Source of the DNA: an uncultured archaeon
Lineage (GTDB): Archaea > Iainarchaeota > Iainarchaeia > Iainarchaeales > CAZILS01
Length of the DNA: 64,000 nt
NCBI GenBank assembly: GCA_964540145.1
Contig: CAZILS010000001.1
Span: 277,540 to 341,539 of the forward strand
Direction: 5' to 3'
Below the pieces are notes generated by a model, which was not told the origin of the DNA, did no database searches, and saw nothing but the letters and a program-made list of their open reading frames with translations. Each line of letters starts with the position of its first letter. Position 1 is the stretch's first letter. Position numbers and translations under genes: made by a program. Of the stretch, positions 53,418 to 63,842 are shown one piece after another.

Positions 53418-53491
53418 AGCCCCAACCGGGATTTGAACCCGGGACCTCGTCCTTACCAAGGACGCGCTCTGGCCACTGAAGCTATTGGGGC
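53418..53491 (-). tRNA. tRNA-Thr (GGU)
   Basis: GCCCCAA-TA-GCTT-CAGTGGCCA-GAGC-G-CGTCC-TTGGTAA-GGACG-AGGTC-CCGGG-TTCAAAT-CCCGG-TTGGGGC-T. Confidence 0.9.
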
Positions 53492-53536
53492 GTTTAAAGA
53501 ATAGGATTGGACAAAGTTTAAAAGTCTTTCAAAAAG

Positions 53537-54481
53537 CTAAAGCCACTTGAGTCTCCAGAAAATCCCTGCTGTGAGCAGGGACAAAGCAAACGCAAGCCCG
53601 ATTGTTATGTAGAATGCAATGTCATGATTCTGCAGCGGCAGTTCTATGTTCATCCCATATATACTCGCCACCAAAGTGGGAATCATCAACACAATCGTAA
53701 TCAGGGTCAGCACCTTCATAATGCTCCCCAAATTGTTAGAGATAATCGAGGAATAGGAATTCATCGTATTGTTAAGTATGTTGCCGGAAACCGCAATCAT
53801 CGCAAGCGCCTGCTTGTTGTCGATGATTATGTCCTCCAAAAGCTCCTTGTCTTCCTCAAATATCTGGACAACCCCTCCCCTCATAACCCTTTCCAGCACT
53901 CTCTGGTTTGCGATAGCGCCGTTGTTGAAGTAAACAAGGGTTTTCTGGATATCCATCAGCCTCATTATCTCCTCGTTCTTCATCGATTCTTTCAAGGTAG
54001 TTTCTATCTCCTCAACCTTCTTGTCAAGTATGCTCAAATGCTTTAGGTAATTGTAGGTCGACCGCTCCATAATCTGCAGGAGAAAGCGCCCCCTTTTCCC
54101 GGTCGAAAACCTCTTCACTTTCTTGTTCAGAAAATCCCCTATTGTCGGGGTTTTTTTGAGGCAGATTGTCGCCAGGATATTGTTGTTCACGGCGACACCC
54201 AGAGGCAGCGTGCTTATCTGCTCAAGGGTTTCTCCCCTCTCGCGGTAAGGCACTCTCACAATAATGTTTACTGCACCGTTATCCTCAATGTCAACACGGG
54301 GCATTTCATCCTCGTCCAGCGCATCCTTTAGCAGGTCTGCGTCAATGTCAAGCGCTTCCGCTATCTGTTTCAGCTCCGCCTCAGTCGGGGCAACAGCGTC
54401 TATCCATGCATTCGCTTCGACTTTGTCAAGGGGGGTGTATTCCGTATCCGCCGTCTTCTTTGTGTATATATTCAGGGCCAT
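53537..54481 (-). CDS. corA: CorA family magnesium/cobalt transporter
   Basis: YGMNIE (GMN motif) between two C-terminal TM helices. 314 aa. Confidence 0.85.
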   Translation of the reverse strand: MALNIYTKKTADTEYTPLDKVEANAWIDAVAPTEAELKQIAEALDIDADLLKDALDEDEMPRVDIEDNGAVNIIVRVPYRERGETLEQISTLPLGVAVNNNILATICLKKTPTIGDFLNKKVKRFSTGKRGRFLLQIMERSTYNYLKHLSILDKKVEEIETTLKESMKNEEIMRLMDIQKTLVYFNNGAIANQRVLERVMRGGVVQIFEEDKELLEDIIIDNKQALAMIAVSGNILNNTMNSYSSIISNNLGSIMKVLTLITIVLMIPTLVASIYGMNIELPLQNHDIAFYITIGLAFALSLLTAGIFWRLKWL

Positions 54482-54554
54482 GCCATTCGCCTCTAATCTA
54501 TCTAATGGCGCTTGTGCTTTTTAATGGTTTTGGGGCGCGCGCCTGCCTCGCCAT

Positions 54555-55307
54555 TTGGCATCAGAAACAAATAATAACTACCTTATCCATATTAAAAACA
54601 TGGGCTGGGTTCTGGATTTATATTGGCTGCTTGCGGTTCTTTCGGTTCCTGCCGCACTTTTCCTCAGCTTTTCAGCCTACCGCCTAAACCCGAAAGGGAA
54701 GATTAACAGGGCATTTGCGTTTGGCACATTTCTTGTTGCGGTTTGGACCCTAAATCTTGCCGTGCGTGGCGTTGTAACCGACATGTACCTTAACGCCTTT
54801 CTTTTCCAGGTTTTCTACGTGAACGTTGTACTCATAACAGGGGTTGTCCTTGACATTATGCAGATGTTTTCCGGGGTTAAATACAGGCGTTTCCTTAACT
54901 ATGTGCCCGCGGCAATACTCGCCCCTGCCGTGCTCCTCGTTAACAATTTCATAATACCCCCGGCAAAGTATTGGTACACGATAGTTGGGTCGATAGGCCC
55001 CTTTGCCTGGGTTGTCCTTGGATATTTCTTTATTTACCTGATATGGGATGCCGCCCTTATCTATGTTGCTTGGAAAAAGGTTGGCGAGAAGGCGAAGCCC
55101 CACCTTGGTGCGCTCCTCCTGGTAATTGCGCCATGGCTGCTGATGAGCCTGATAGACGTCATTGTCAGGATGTTCGGCATTCCCCTGCCTTCCCTGACCT
55201 GCGTTTACACCGTCCCAACCGCGCTTGTCGGCGCATACTATTTCAGGAAGCTCGGCAGGAAAACAATTGGAGAAGCCCCTGCTGCAGGTTCGGAGCCGCA
55301 CCCTTAG
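54555..55307 (+). CDS. Hypothetical 7-TM membrane protein
   Basis: 250 aa, about 7 hydrophobic helices. It may be related to histidine-kinase N-terminal 7TM sensor modules, but no kinase domain is present. Confidence 0.5.
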   Translation: MASETNNNYLIHIKNMGWVLDLYWLLAVLSVPAALFLSFSAYRLNPKGKINRAFAFGTFLVAVWTLNLAVRGVVTDMYLNAFLFQVFYVNVVLITGVVLDIMQMFSGVKYRRFLNYVPAAILAPAVLLVNNFIIPPAKYWYTIVGSIGPFAWVVLGYFFIYLIWDAALIYVAWKKVGEKAKPHLGALLLVIAPWLLMSLIDVIVRMFGIPLPSLTCVYTVPTALVGAYYFRKLGRKTIGEAPAAGSEPHP

Positions 55308-55349
55308 CCGCCGCATCCCTTTGGCTTTTTCATAAAGCCGCCCCTTTAA

Positions 55350-56606
55350 TCACGAGTAAAGCTTGCAATCCCCAACCTTATCCAAACCAACTTTCTTTTG
55401 CTTCCCCGACTTCATGTCCTTAAGGAGCGCCTTCCCTTCCTTCAGCTCCTTCTCACCGATGATAAGCGCGAAGGGGATTCCATTCGAGTTCGCATAATTC
55501 AAATTTTTTGAGGGGTTCCTGCCCATCAAATCCATCTCCGCGGGAATCCCGCAGGCCCTGATGCGCTGCACAGCGCCCACAACCGCTTCCTTCTCTTTCT
55601 CGCCGCCAATCGCAAAGCCGTAAACTTTCGTTCCCCCCTCTACCTCTCCTTTCCTCGCCTCAAGCGCATCAACTATCCTGTCAACGCCGTAGCTTATCCC
55701 GACAGCCTCAACATCCCTGCCGCAGTACAGCCCAACAAGCCCGTCATACCTTCCCCCTCCCCCGCAGCTGACATTAACTTCGCCCATAACCTTGACCTCA
55801 AAGACAGTTGAGGTGTAATAGTCCAGGCCGCGCGCCAAGCACAGGTCAACCTCGACAAACTTTGATAATTTTTGTTTTTTGATAAGGGAAAGCAGTTCGT
55901 TCAACCCAACCAAACCTTCATCATCTTTGCCCACTAACTTTTCAACCTTTTTCAGGTCGTTCTTCTCAAGAACTCCAAGTATCTTTGTTTCAATGCCCCT
56001 GCCTTTCATCTCTTCCTTCACTTTTTCCTTCCCGATTTTATCCAGTTTGTCGATTGCCCTGAAGCAGTCCGCAACTTTCGCGTCTGGAATTCCGGTTTTA
56101 TTTGCAATCGAGTCAAGCAGTTTCCTGTTGTTCACCTTAATCACAAACTTTAAACCAAGTTCCCTGAATACCCGGGCTGTTGCGGCAATGAGCTCAAACT
56201 CCGCAAGCATTCCCTTAACCCCGACAACATCAATATCTGCTTGGGTAAACTCCCTATACCTGTTTTTCTGCGGCCTATCATATCTCCATACCTGCCCAAT
56301 CTGCCACCTCTTGAATGGCAAAGGCAAACCGGGATTAGCAGCCACAACCCTCGCCAAAGGAACAGTGAAATCGAACCTCATGCCCACATCCCTGCCCCCC
56401 TTATCTTTGAAGGCATATATCTCATTTGCAACCTCTTCTCCGGATGCCCCTTTCTTTGTGAGCAGGCCGAGCTCCTCCAGCGCGGGGGTTTCGAGAGGGG
56501 AGAAGCCATAGGCTATGAAAGTCTGCCTGCATACAGCTTCAACCAACTTCTTTATCTTGGCCCTGTCCCCAAGATAATCCCTCATTCCCCGCACTGTTTT
56601 GTACAT
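55350..56606 (-). CDS. hisS: Histidyl-tRNA synthetase
   Basis: Class II motifs (RGMRDYL, FRYDRPQKNRYREFTQADIDVVG, GGGGRYD) and a C-terminal anticodon-binding domain. Confidence 0.9.
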   Translation of the reverse strand: MYKTVRGMRDYLGDRAKIKKLVEAVCRQTFIAYGFSPLETPALEELGLLTKKGASGEEVANEIYAFKDKGGRDVGMRFDFTVPLARVVAANPGLPLPFKRWQIGQVWRYDRPQKNRYREFTQADIDVVGVKGMLAEFELIAATARVFRELGLKFVIKVNNRKLLDSIANKTGIPDAKVADCFRAIDKLDKIGKEKVKEEMKGRGIETKILGVLEKNDLKKVEKLVGKDDEGLVGLNELLSLIKKQKLSKFVEVDLCLARGLDYYTSTVFEVKVMGEVNVSCGGGGRYDGLVGLYCGRDVEAVGISYGVDRIVDALEARKGEVEGGTKVYGFAIGGEKEKEAVVGAVQRIRACGIPAEMDLMGRNPSKNLNYANSNGIPFALIIGEKELKEGKALLKDMKSGKQKKVGLDKVGDCKLYS

Positions 56607-57482
56607 CTACTTCACCACTTTATTCAATGGGAACTCGACTATATCCTCTGCCCCGGATTTCCTGAGCTTTGGAATCAAATCCCTTGAAACCTCCTCCCTT
56701 ACCACGGTCATTACATCGACTGCCGTGCCCTTAGCCAATCTTGAGATGGTCGGGTTTTTCATGGCAGGAAGTGTTTTTAGAACAACATCCAGCCTATTCT
56801 CCGGAACATTCATCATCAGGCCAACCATTTCCTCGGCCTGCAATGCGCCTGTCAAGAGCATGGAGATGTTCTCCATCTTCTCCCTTTTCCACGTGTCCTT
56901 CCACGAATCCTTGTTCGCTATCAGCCTTGTCGTTGATTCAAAGAGGGTGTCTATTATCCTCAAATTATTCGCCCTCAATGAGCTTCCTGTTTCCGTTATT
57001 TCGACAATTGCGTCGGCCAGCCTCGGCGGCTTAACCTCGGTTGCTCCCCAAGAAAACTCGACATTTGCCTTTACCCCATTCTTCCTTAGGTAGTCCTTTG
57101 TTGCGTTGACAAGCTCTGTTGCTATTGTCTTTCCTTTCAAATCCTTGACAGACCTTATCTTGGATTTTTCAGGAACTGCCAGCACCCATTTCACAGGGCT
57201 TCTGCTCTGCTTCGCATAGACAAGCTCGGCAACCTCCTTAACACTTGCCCTGTTCTCCTTAACCCAGTCGCTCCCTGTCAAGCCCAGATCCATTATGCCC
57301 TGCTCGACATACTTCGCCATTTCCTGGGCGCGAACCATAATACATTCAATTTCAGGGTCGTCAATTTTCGGATAGTAGGAGCGGGAGCTTACGTTGATTC
57401 CGTATCCCGCCTTTTTGAACAACCCTATCGTGGATTCCATAAGGCTTCCTTTCGGCAAGCCCAATATTATTTTCCTGCTCAT
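56607..57482 (-). CDS. hisG: ATP phosphoribosyltransferase (long form with C-terminal regulatory domain)
   Basis: [18 protein letters not shown] and ATELVN motifs. At 291 aa it includes the HisG_C domain. Confidence 0.9.
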   Translation of the reverse strand: MSRKIILGLPKGSLMESTIGLFKKAGYGINVSSRSYYPKIDDPEIECIMVRAQEMAKYVEQGIMDLGLTGSDWVKENRASVKEVAELVYAKQSRSPVKWVLAVPEKSKIRSVKDLKGKTIATELVNATKDYLRKNGVKANVEFSWGATEVKPPRLADAIVEITETGSSLRANNLRIIDTLFESTTRLIANKDSWKDTWKREKMENISMLLTGALQAEEMVGLMMNVPENRLDVVLKTLPAMKNPTISRLAKGTAVDVMTVVREEVSRDLIPKLRKSGAEDIVEFPLNKVVK

Positions 57483-57868
57483 TTTTTCCCTCCATAAACC
57501 TCTTCAGGGTCGAATACCTTCTTCCCAATCTCGCTTACATTTCCTTCGCTGTCAACCTTCTTGTAAAAGCAACTTCGATAGCCAGTATGGCACGCCGCAT
57601 CCCCCACCTGGTTAATCTTGAGCAGGACAGAATCATTGTCGCAGTCAAGGAAGATCTCCTTTACCTCCTGCACGTTTCCGCTGCTCTCCCCCTTAACCCA
57701 GAGTTTCCGCCTGCTCCTGCTCCAGTAGCAGGCCTTCCCCTCTCGTAGAGTTTTTTCCCATGCCTCCCGGTTCATGAATGCCTGCATCAGGATTTCCCCT
57801 GTCTTGTAGTCCTGCGCTATCGCAACTACCAATCCCTGCTCATTGAATTTAGGCTCAACCAAAGTCAA
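57479..57868 (-). CDS. hisI: Phosphoribosyl-AMP cyclohydrolase
   Basis: [30 protein letters not shown] and [21 protein letters not shown] motifs. No fused HisE domain. Confidence 0.9.
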   Translation of the reverse strand: MTLVEPKFNEQGLVVAIAQDYKTGEILMQAFMNREAWEKTLREGKACYWSRSRRKLWVKGESSGNVQEVKEIFLDCDNDSVLLKINQVGDAACHTGYRSCFYKKVDSEGNVSEIGKKVFDPEEVYGGKK

Positions 57869-58529
57869 CCCCCTCCAGTTTTATTTTTCCTGTGTAAAGC
57901 GCCATGCCCACAACCGCATCTATCCCCAGCTTATCCAGCATCTCCACTTCCTCCATACTTGAAATACCGCCCGCCATAGTAATCCTGTTATTGGTTGCTC
58001 CCTTGAGCTTCTTAATTGTTTCCAAATCAATCCCCGACATCAAACCTTCCCTGTCAACCGCAGTATAGAGGAATTCCGAGCAATAGCCTTCCAATTCCTT
58101 TGCAAGCTCCATAGGGGTTATATCGGTCTCTTTCTGCCAGCCCTCAACAACAACCTTCCCCCTGAAGGAATCAACAGCAACAATAATTTTGTCCTTTCCT
58201 ATAGCCCCCGCCAGTTCCTCCATAAATTCCTTTTTCGCCTTTGTCCCTATGATTATTTTCTCCGCACCTGCATCCAAAACTCCCCTGGCTTTTTCAACTG
58301 CCCTAATGCCCCCTCCCACCCTTGCCTTCACAATCTTGGAGATTTCCTTAACAATATCAAGGTTGCTGCCCTTGCCCATCGCTGCATCCAAATCAATGAC
58401 CTGCACCGCCTTGAAACCTGCAAGTCTCTTCGCAAATTCAACAGGGCCTTCTATCTCAAGCTTCTTCTCCTTGCCCTGCTGCAGCTGAACAACCTTTCCG
58501 CCCATCAAATCAATACTTGGAATTATCAT
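57855..58529 (-). CDS. hisA: ProFAR isomerase
   Basis: [19 protein letters not shown] and GGISS motifs. Confidence 0.85.
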   Translation of the reverse strand: MIIPSIDLMGGKVVQLQQGKEKKLEIEGPVEFAKRLAGFKAVQVIDLDAAMGKGSNLDIVKEISKIVKARVGGGIRAVEKARGVLDAGAEKIIIGTKAKKEFMEELAGAIGKDKIIVAVDSFRGKVVVEGWQKETDITPMELAKELEGYCSEFLYTAVDREGLMSGIDLETIKKLKGATNNRITMAGGISSMEEVEMLDKLGIDAVVGMALYTGKIKLEGVDFG

Positions 58530-59338
58530 AGCCTCACCTCTACCCCCTTCTCCCTCAAATACTTTTTCACATCCCCGACCGTAAACTCGTTGAAGTGGAA
58601 GATCGAGGCGGCAAGTGCGGCATCCGCCTTCCCTTCCTTAAACACCTCGACAAAACTGTCAAGCCTCCCTCCCCCTCCGGAGGCGATTACAGGAATCCCA
58701 ACTTCCTCGCTAACCGCTCTTGTCAGCTCCAAGTCAAAACCTTCCTTTGTCCCGTCCCTGTCCATCGATGTAAGCAAAACCTCGCCCGCCCCCCTCTCTA
58801 CAGCCTCCTTTATCCAGGCAAGCGCATCTCTCCCCGTGAACTCCCTTCCCCCATAGCAGGAACACTCAAACCAGCACTTGCCCTTCTCTGTTTCAACCAT
58901 AACCCTGCCTTCCTTTTCCCCATACCTTCGCTTCGCGTCAACCGCCAGAACACAGGCCTGGCTCCCGTACAGCCTGCTAATTTCATTTACCAAATCAGGG
59001 TTTTTCAGGGCAGCTGTGTTCACCGAAACCTTGTCAGCGCCCGCACTGAAAACCTTTTTCACATCCCCGATTGATTTGATGCCCCCTCCCACAGTAATCG
59101 GCACAAACACACTTTCGGTTGTCTTTTTTATCACATCAACCATTGTTCCCCGCCTCTCCGCGCTTGCGGTAATGTCCAGAAACACAATTTCATCCGCGCC
59201 CTGCCTGTAATACTCCTCTGCCCTCTCCCAAGGCACTCCCGCATACTTAATCCGCTTAAACTCCACTCCCTTCACTACCCTTCCCTCCTTGACCGAAAGG
59301 TCACAATCCAAACAAGGAATTATCCTTTTCGCCAGCAT
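58526..59338 (-). CDS. hisF: Imidazole glycerol phosphate synthase, cyclase subunit
   Basis: [35 protein letters not shown] and ASGGGG motifs. Confidence 0.9.
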   Translation of the reverse strand: MLAKRIIPCLDCDLSVKEGRVVKGVEFKRIKYAGVPWERAEEYYRQGADEIVFLDITASAERRGTMVDVIKKTTESVFVPITVGGGIKSIGDVKKVFSAGADKVSVNTAALKNPDLVNEISRLYGSQACVLAVDAKRRYGEKEGRVMVETEKGKCWFECSCYGGREFTGRDALAWIKEAVERGAGEVLLTSMDRDGTKEGFDLELTRAVSEEVGIPVIASGGGGRLDSFVEVFKEGKADAALAASIFHFNEFTVGDVKKYLREKGVEVRL

Positions 59339-59950
59339 CTACATCTCCACGAAATTTTTAAGCATCCGCAATCCCGCTTCTCCGCTCTTCTCGGGGTGGA
59401 ACTGCACCGCAAAGACCTTACCCTTCTCCACCGCGCTTGCATATTTTTTTGTGTATTCGGTCTCTGCCGAGACAATTTCCCTATCCCGGGGCACAACATA
59501 GTAAGAGTGAACAAAGTAGGCATAGCTGCCTGTCTTCACGCCCTGAAACAATTTACTTTCTTTCTTTACAATCTCCAGCCGATTCCACCCGATTTGGGGA
59601 ACCTTAATTCCGTTTCCTTTCGATTCGAACTTAACACATTTTCCCTTGAAAATTTCAAGTCCCTTAACATCGGGATTCTCCTCGCTTCCCCCAAACAAAG
59701 TCTGCTGCCCCAAACAAATCCCGAGGAAAGGCTTCCCTTCGCCTATGGCATCCTTTATCGCCTTATCCAGCCCGGCACTTTCCAAATTTGCCATGACATC
59801 GCCGAAGGCTCCAACCCCCGGAAAGATAACCTTCTCGCAGCTATCCAAATCCCCGGCATCGGAGCAAACCCTAACATCGGCGCCTGCCCTGCGCAGCGCA
59901 TTTTCAACGCTGCGAAGGTTTCCCGCGCCGTAGTCTATTACCGATATCAT
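59339..59950 (-). CDS. hisH: Imidazole glycerol phosphate synthase, glutamine amidotransferase subunit
   Basis: ORF 59339..60004, trimmed to ATG 59950 (ATGA overlap with the hisB stop). MISVIDYGAGNLRSV, GICLGQQ (nucleophile Cys) and FHPE motifs. Confidence 0.9.
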   Translation of the reverse strand: MISVIDYGAGNLRSVENALRRAGADVRVCSDAGDLDSCEKVIFPGVGAFGDVMANLESAGLDKAIKDAIGEGKPFLGICLGQQTLFGGSEENPDVKGLEIFKGKCVKFESKGNGIKVPQIGWNRLEIVKKESKLFQGVKTGSYAYFVHSYYVVPRDREIVSAETEYTKKYASAVEKGKVFAVQFHPEKSGEAGLRMLKNFVEM

Positions 59951-60534
59951 ATCTTTCCCTTTGTTGTGGGCAGTTTTCCTCCCGCCCTCTTGTCCTTTTC
60001 GCACGCAAACCTCATTGCGCGCGCAAAGGCCTTGAACATTGCCTCTGCCTTGTGGTGGTCATTCTCCCCATAGACCTTCATCTGCACGTTTGCCTTCGCG
60101 TTCATCGCAAAAGCCTGGAAAAACTCGGGGATAGCCTCGGTGCGCGCATCCTTCACATCATATTTCTTGAATTTAACGCCGACTTTTGAGTATCCCCTTC
60201 CTCCAAGGTCGACAGCACACAACGCAAGGGATTCATCCATCGGGATGCTTGCATCGCCATAGCGGAATATCCCCGCCCTGTTCCCAAGGGCCTTGGAAAA
60301 GGCTTCCCCCAGCGCAATGCCCACATCCTCGACAGTGTGGTGCTCATCAACCCCCAAATCCCCTTTCGCCTTCACCTCAATATCAAAAAGGCCGTGTTTG
60401 GCGAAAAGCTCGAGCATGTGGTCGAAGAAGCCAACGCCTGTGCCAATTTTTGCGCTTCCTTTCCCGTCTACCTCAAGCTTCACCGTAATGTCTGTCTCCT
60501 TTGTCTTTCTCTTAACCTGCGCTTTCCTCATCAT
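59947..60534 (-). CDS. hisB: Imidazoleglycerol-phosphate dehydratase
   Basis: TKETDI, FFDHML, DEHHTVEDVGIALG and NDHHKAEAMFKAFARA motifs. Confidence 0.9.
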   Translation of the reverse strand: MMRKAQVKRKTKETDITVKLEVDGKGSAKIGTGVGFFDHMLELFAKHGLFDIEVKAKGDLGVDEHHTVEDVGIALGEAFSKALGNRAGIFRYGDASIPMDESLALCAVDLGGRGYSKVGVKFKKYDVKDARTEAIPEFFQAFAMNAKANVQMKVYGENDHHKAEAMFKAFARAMRFACEKDKRAGGKLPTTKGKI

Positions 60535-61592
60535 TTTCCCTCCTCGTAGATTTCCTTAACCGCATTAAGCAATTCCTTTGTTTGTTCGACTGTTCCAATC
60601 CCTATCCTCGCATATCCCTTAAGCATAGGATAGGCGCTTACATCCCTGATAAGTATCCCCCTTTCTTTCAGCCCGGAAATAACTTCCTTTTCCTTTCCCC
60701 CGAACTCGGCCATAAGGAAGTTTGCCCTCGTGGGCACATACCTTATCCCAAGTTCATCCAACCCCTTATACATCATTTTCCTTGCGGCATCAACTTCCCC
60801 GACATAGCCCTTAACATATTCCAAATCGCCCAAAGCAGCGCCAACCGCAACCTCCGCCATAATGTTCACGGAGTAGGGGGACATTGATTTCATCAATACT
60901 GCCGCATTCTCTTTGCAGCTCGCAACATACCCCGCCCTCAATCCCGCGAGACCGAACGCCTTTGAAAAAGTCCTAAGCACAAACAGGTTGTCATATTCAT
61001 TGATTAAATCAATAACGCTCTCCTTCATATACGCAAAGTATGCCTCATCAACAATCACGGCGGCTTCATTCTCCGCCGCCTTTTCAATCACTTTAACAAT
61101 GTCCTTTCTTTCAACGCCTGTGCCTGTGGGGTTGTTCGGGTTGCATATTATCACAAGGCCCGTCTTATTCCCGATTGCCTTAAGCGCCTCTTCGGTTGGA
61201 AAGGAAAAATCGCTTTCATACGCCACTTCCCTTATCTTTGCGCCCTGCCTCTCGGCATAGAAGTAAAACATCGCAAAACTCGGCGTAGGTATGACAATTT
61301 CCCGGCCTTTCTCAACATACGCCGTTATTATCGCGTTGATTGCGTCATCAGACCCGTTTGTTGGAACAACCTCCCCGACCTCAACCCCGCTGTACTTTGC
61401 AATAATCTCCTTCAGCCCGCTATACTCGGGATAGGTGCTCAAATCCGCGGCGCTGACCTTTCTCAAGGCATCAAGCACCTTCGGGGAACAGCCTATGCTG
61501 TTCTCATTGAAGTCAAGCCTTACTTTTCCGCGCCTGCTTGCGGTAGGAGGCGAGTAGGGCCTCATCTCCCTCACGGCTTTCGTCGGTTTCAT
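60531..61592 (-). CDS. hisC: Histidinol-phosphate aminotransferase
   Basis: LDFNEN, NPNNPTG, DEAY and RTFSKAFGLAGLR (PLP lysine) motifs. Confidence 0.9.
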   Translation of the reverse strand: MKPTKAVREMRPYSPPTASRRGKVRLDFNENSIGCSPKVLDALRKVSAADLSTYPEYSGLKEIIAKYSGVEVGEVVPTNGSDDAINAIITAYVEKGREIVIPTPSFAMFYFYAERQGAKIREVAYESDFSFPTEEALKAIGNKTGLVIICNPNNPTGTGVERKDIVKVIEKAAENEAAVIVDEAYFAYMKESVIDLINEYDNLFVLRTFSKAFGLAGLRAGYVASCKENAAVLMKSMSPYSVNIMAEVAVGAALGDLEYVKGYVGEVDAARKMMYKGLDELGIRYVPTRANFLMAEFGGKEKEVISGLKERGILIRDVSAYPMLKGYARIGIGTVEQTKELLNAVKEIYEEGK

Positions 61593-62545
61593 TTTCCTCC
61601 CTCCATAACCTTCGGCAGGGAATTCACATCAAGCATAATGGCGTTTGCCCCCATCTCCTTGAACTCATCAAGCACGTTCCTTCCCATCGCACCGCTAAGC
61701 ACGGCGACGCTGAAAAACCTGCCGCTAAGCTCCCTCGCCTTCTCAACAGTCTCAATATCGTCCCTCGTATCCCCGACGTAAATTGCCTTCTTGCCCTTCA
61801 GCCTTTTCCGCATCTCAAATATCGCATCGGGAAACGGCTTCCTCTTCAGCGTTCCCTTCGCAAAATCATCCTCCGATATAACTTTCCCGGCCTTAAGAAA
61901 ATCAAGCCCGCACATCTCCAGCGCCATCTTCGCCTCCCGCAGCGGTCTCCCCGTGACAATCCCGAACTTCAGCTTCGAATTCCTCATCCACCCAACCGTT
62001 TTTTTGTCGACCAAAACCTTTTCCTTCTTTATGAAACCTTCCCCCCTGACAAAGGCCGGTTTCCGTTTGTAAATCTTCGTGAACAGCTCCTCCCCCAGGT
62101 AATACTCCTGGAACAGCTCCCACAGCTTTTCTTTGTCCCACCTTTCACAAATCTTGTCCCATTCGACGCTTTTCCTCGCGGTCTTCTCCGCATTTTCTAT
62201 TCCCCCTCCCAAATCCTTAATCTCATTCGCAAAGTCCTCAAGCCCCCCTTCAAAACCATAGCTCTTCATGAGCTGGTAGAGGGCGAGCGCATACGTCAAA
62301 TCCCAGTCGTTGTTGAACATCCCCGCATTCTTCACAATTTGGGTGTCCTCAACCTTCAATGCCTCGGGCATCTTCTCGGAAAGAACCTCCCTGAAATACC
62401 TCTTCACAGCCTCAACAGCAACCCTCCTGTATGATTTGCTCACATCGACCAAAACCCCGTCTATGTCAAGGATTATGGTGTCGGCTAGCCTGATCTCCTT
62501 CTCGACCGCAATGTCGACCCACATCCCTTCTGTTTCCTTGTACAT
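61589..62545 (-). CDS. HAD-superfamily hydrolase embedded in the his operon (candidate histidinol-phosphate phosphatase)
   Basis: HAD motif I (ILDIDGVLVDVS), motif II (IVTGR), motif III/IV (K...YVGDTRDD), and a large cap insertion with FNNDWDLT. It is translationally coupled to hisD and hisC. Confidence 0.7.
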   Translation of the reverse strand: MYKETEGMWVDIAVEKEIRLADTIILDIDGVLVDVSKSYRRVAVEAVKRYFREVLSEKMPEALKVEDTQIVKNAGMFNNDWDLTYALALYQLMKSYGFEGGLEDFANEIKDLGGGIENAEKTARKSVEWDKICERWDKEKLWELFQEYYLGEELFTKIYKRKPAFVRGEGFIKKEKVLVDKKTVGWMRNSKLKFGIVTGRPLREAKMALEMCGLDFLKAGKVISEDDFAKGTLKRKPFPDAIFEMRKRLKGKKAIYVGDTRDDIETVEKARELSGRFFSVAVLSGAMGRNVLDEFKEMGANAIMLDVNSLPKVMEGGK

Positions 62546-62546
62546 T

Positions 62547-63842
62547 TCACTTCATCCTCATTTTCACCGCATTGGCGTGCCCTTCAAGGCCTTCGCTTTC
62601 CGCAAGCGCAACAGCTGTTTTTCCCAGCCTTTTCAGGCCTTCTTTCGAGAGCTTCTGCACAGCTATAACTTTCACAAAGTCCGCAGCGCTTAAACCGCCC
62701 CTTGCCCTCGCAAAGCCCCCTGTCGGCAGGACATGGTTCGTGCCTGTCGCATAGTCCCCCATAACCTCGGCGGAGTACTCGCCAAGGAACACTCCTCCCG
62801 CATTCCTTACTTTCTTCAGCAGCTTCTCATCGCAGCCCGCAATTTCAAGGTGCTCCGGCGCAAACCCGTTCGCAATCCCGAACGCCTCATTCAAATTTTT
62901 CACTATCAAAATCCCGCCGTATTTTTTCAGTGACTTTTTCGCTGTTGCGGCAGTGGACAATTCTTTCACCTGCCTTTTCACCTCTTCCTTAACTTCCTTG
63001 GCCAATTTCCCGGAGGTTGTAACCAATATCGAGGAGGCGTTCTCGTCGTGTTCCGCCTGCGCAAGCAAATCAGCAGCAATAAACCTCGGGTTTCCATTCT
63101 CGGCAATAACCATGACCTCGCTCGGCCCCGCGAGGAAATCTATTCCGCAGATGCCAAACACCATCTTCTTCGCGGCTGTAACAAAAATATTTCCCGGCCC
63201 CACCACCTTGTCGCACTTAGGGATGCTTTCGGTGCCGTATGCCATCGCGGCTATCGCCTGCGCCCCGCCAACCCTGAAAACCCTGTCAACGCCGGCGATT
63301 TTCGCCGCGGCAAGCACCATCGGGTTGACGTTTCCCGTGTTTTTGCCCTGCGGAGCCCCGCTACACCCGGGCGGCGTGCACATAATTATCTTAGGAACTC
63401 CCGCAGCCTTTGCGGGCAATGCATTCATCAGCACAGAGCTAGCCAAGGGATATTTCCCTGCCGGAACGTATATCCCGACAACATCCAAGGGCCTAACTAT
63501 CTCCCCTGCAACAGCGCCCTTCCCCACCCTCCTTGACCATTCTTTGGGCAGCTGCCCTTTCGCAAACAGCTCAATATTCCTTTTCGCGGTTTTCAGGGCG
63601 GAAAGCTCCGCCCTGCCTATCTTTCCCAAAGATGCGTTAATCTCTGTTCTAGGCACCTCTATTCCCTTAAGCGCAACCCTGTCAAATTTCTTTGTGTATT
63701 TGCGCAAAGCCCTGTCCCCCTGCTTTTTGACAGTCTCCAGAATAGGCTTCACTGTTTTTTCCGCCCCTGAAAAACCAGAGCTTCTCTCCTTCTTTATCCT
63801 TTCAATGCCCTTTATTGTTATTTCCCTAATCATGGCTTCCAC
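62547..63842 (-). CDS. hisD: Histidinol dehydrogenase
   Basis: GGAQAIAAMAYGT, VGPGNIFV, AEHD, APEHLE and HVLPT motifs. Confidence 0.9.
   Translation of the reverse strand: MEAMIREITIKGIERIKKERSSGFSGAEKTVKPILETVKKQGDRALRKYTKKFDRVALKGIEVPRTEINASLGKIGRAELSALKTAKRNIELFAKGQLPKEWSRRVGKGAVAGEIVRPLDVVGIYVPAGKYPLASSVLMNALPAKAAGVPKIIMCTPPGCSGAPQGKNTGNVNPMVLAAAKIAGVDRVFRVGGAQAIAAMAYGTESIPKCDKVVGPGNIFVTAAKKMVFGICGIDFLAGPSEVMVIAENGNPRFIAADLLAQAEHDENASSILVTTSGKLAKEVKEEVKRQVKELSTAATAKKSLKKYGGILIVKNLNEAFGIANGFAPEHLEIAGCDEKLLKKVRNAGGVFLGEYSAEVMGDYATGTNHVLPTGGFARARGGLSAADFVKVIAVQKLSKEGLKRLGKTAVALAESEGLEGHANAVKMRMK

Noticed and set aside
55350-56606. Possibility that the synthetase-like gene after hisG is the regulatory paralogue HisZ
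   Set aside because: It retains the class II catalytic motifs and a complete anticodon-binding domain. The adjacent HisG is the long, self-regulated form that does not need HisZ.
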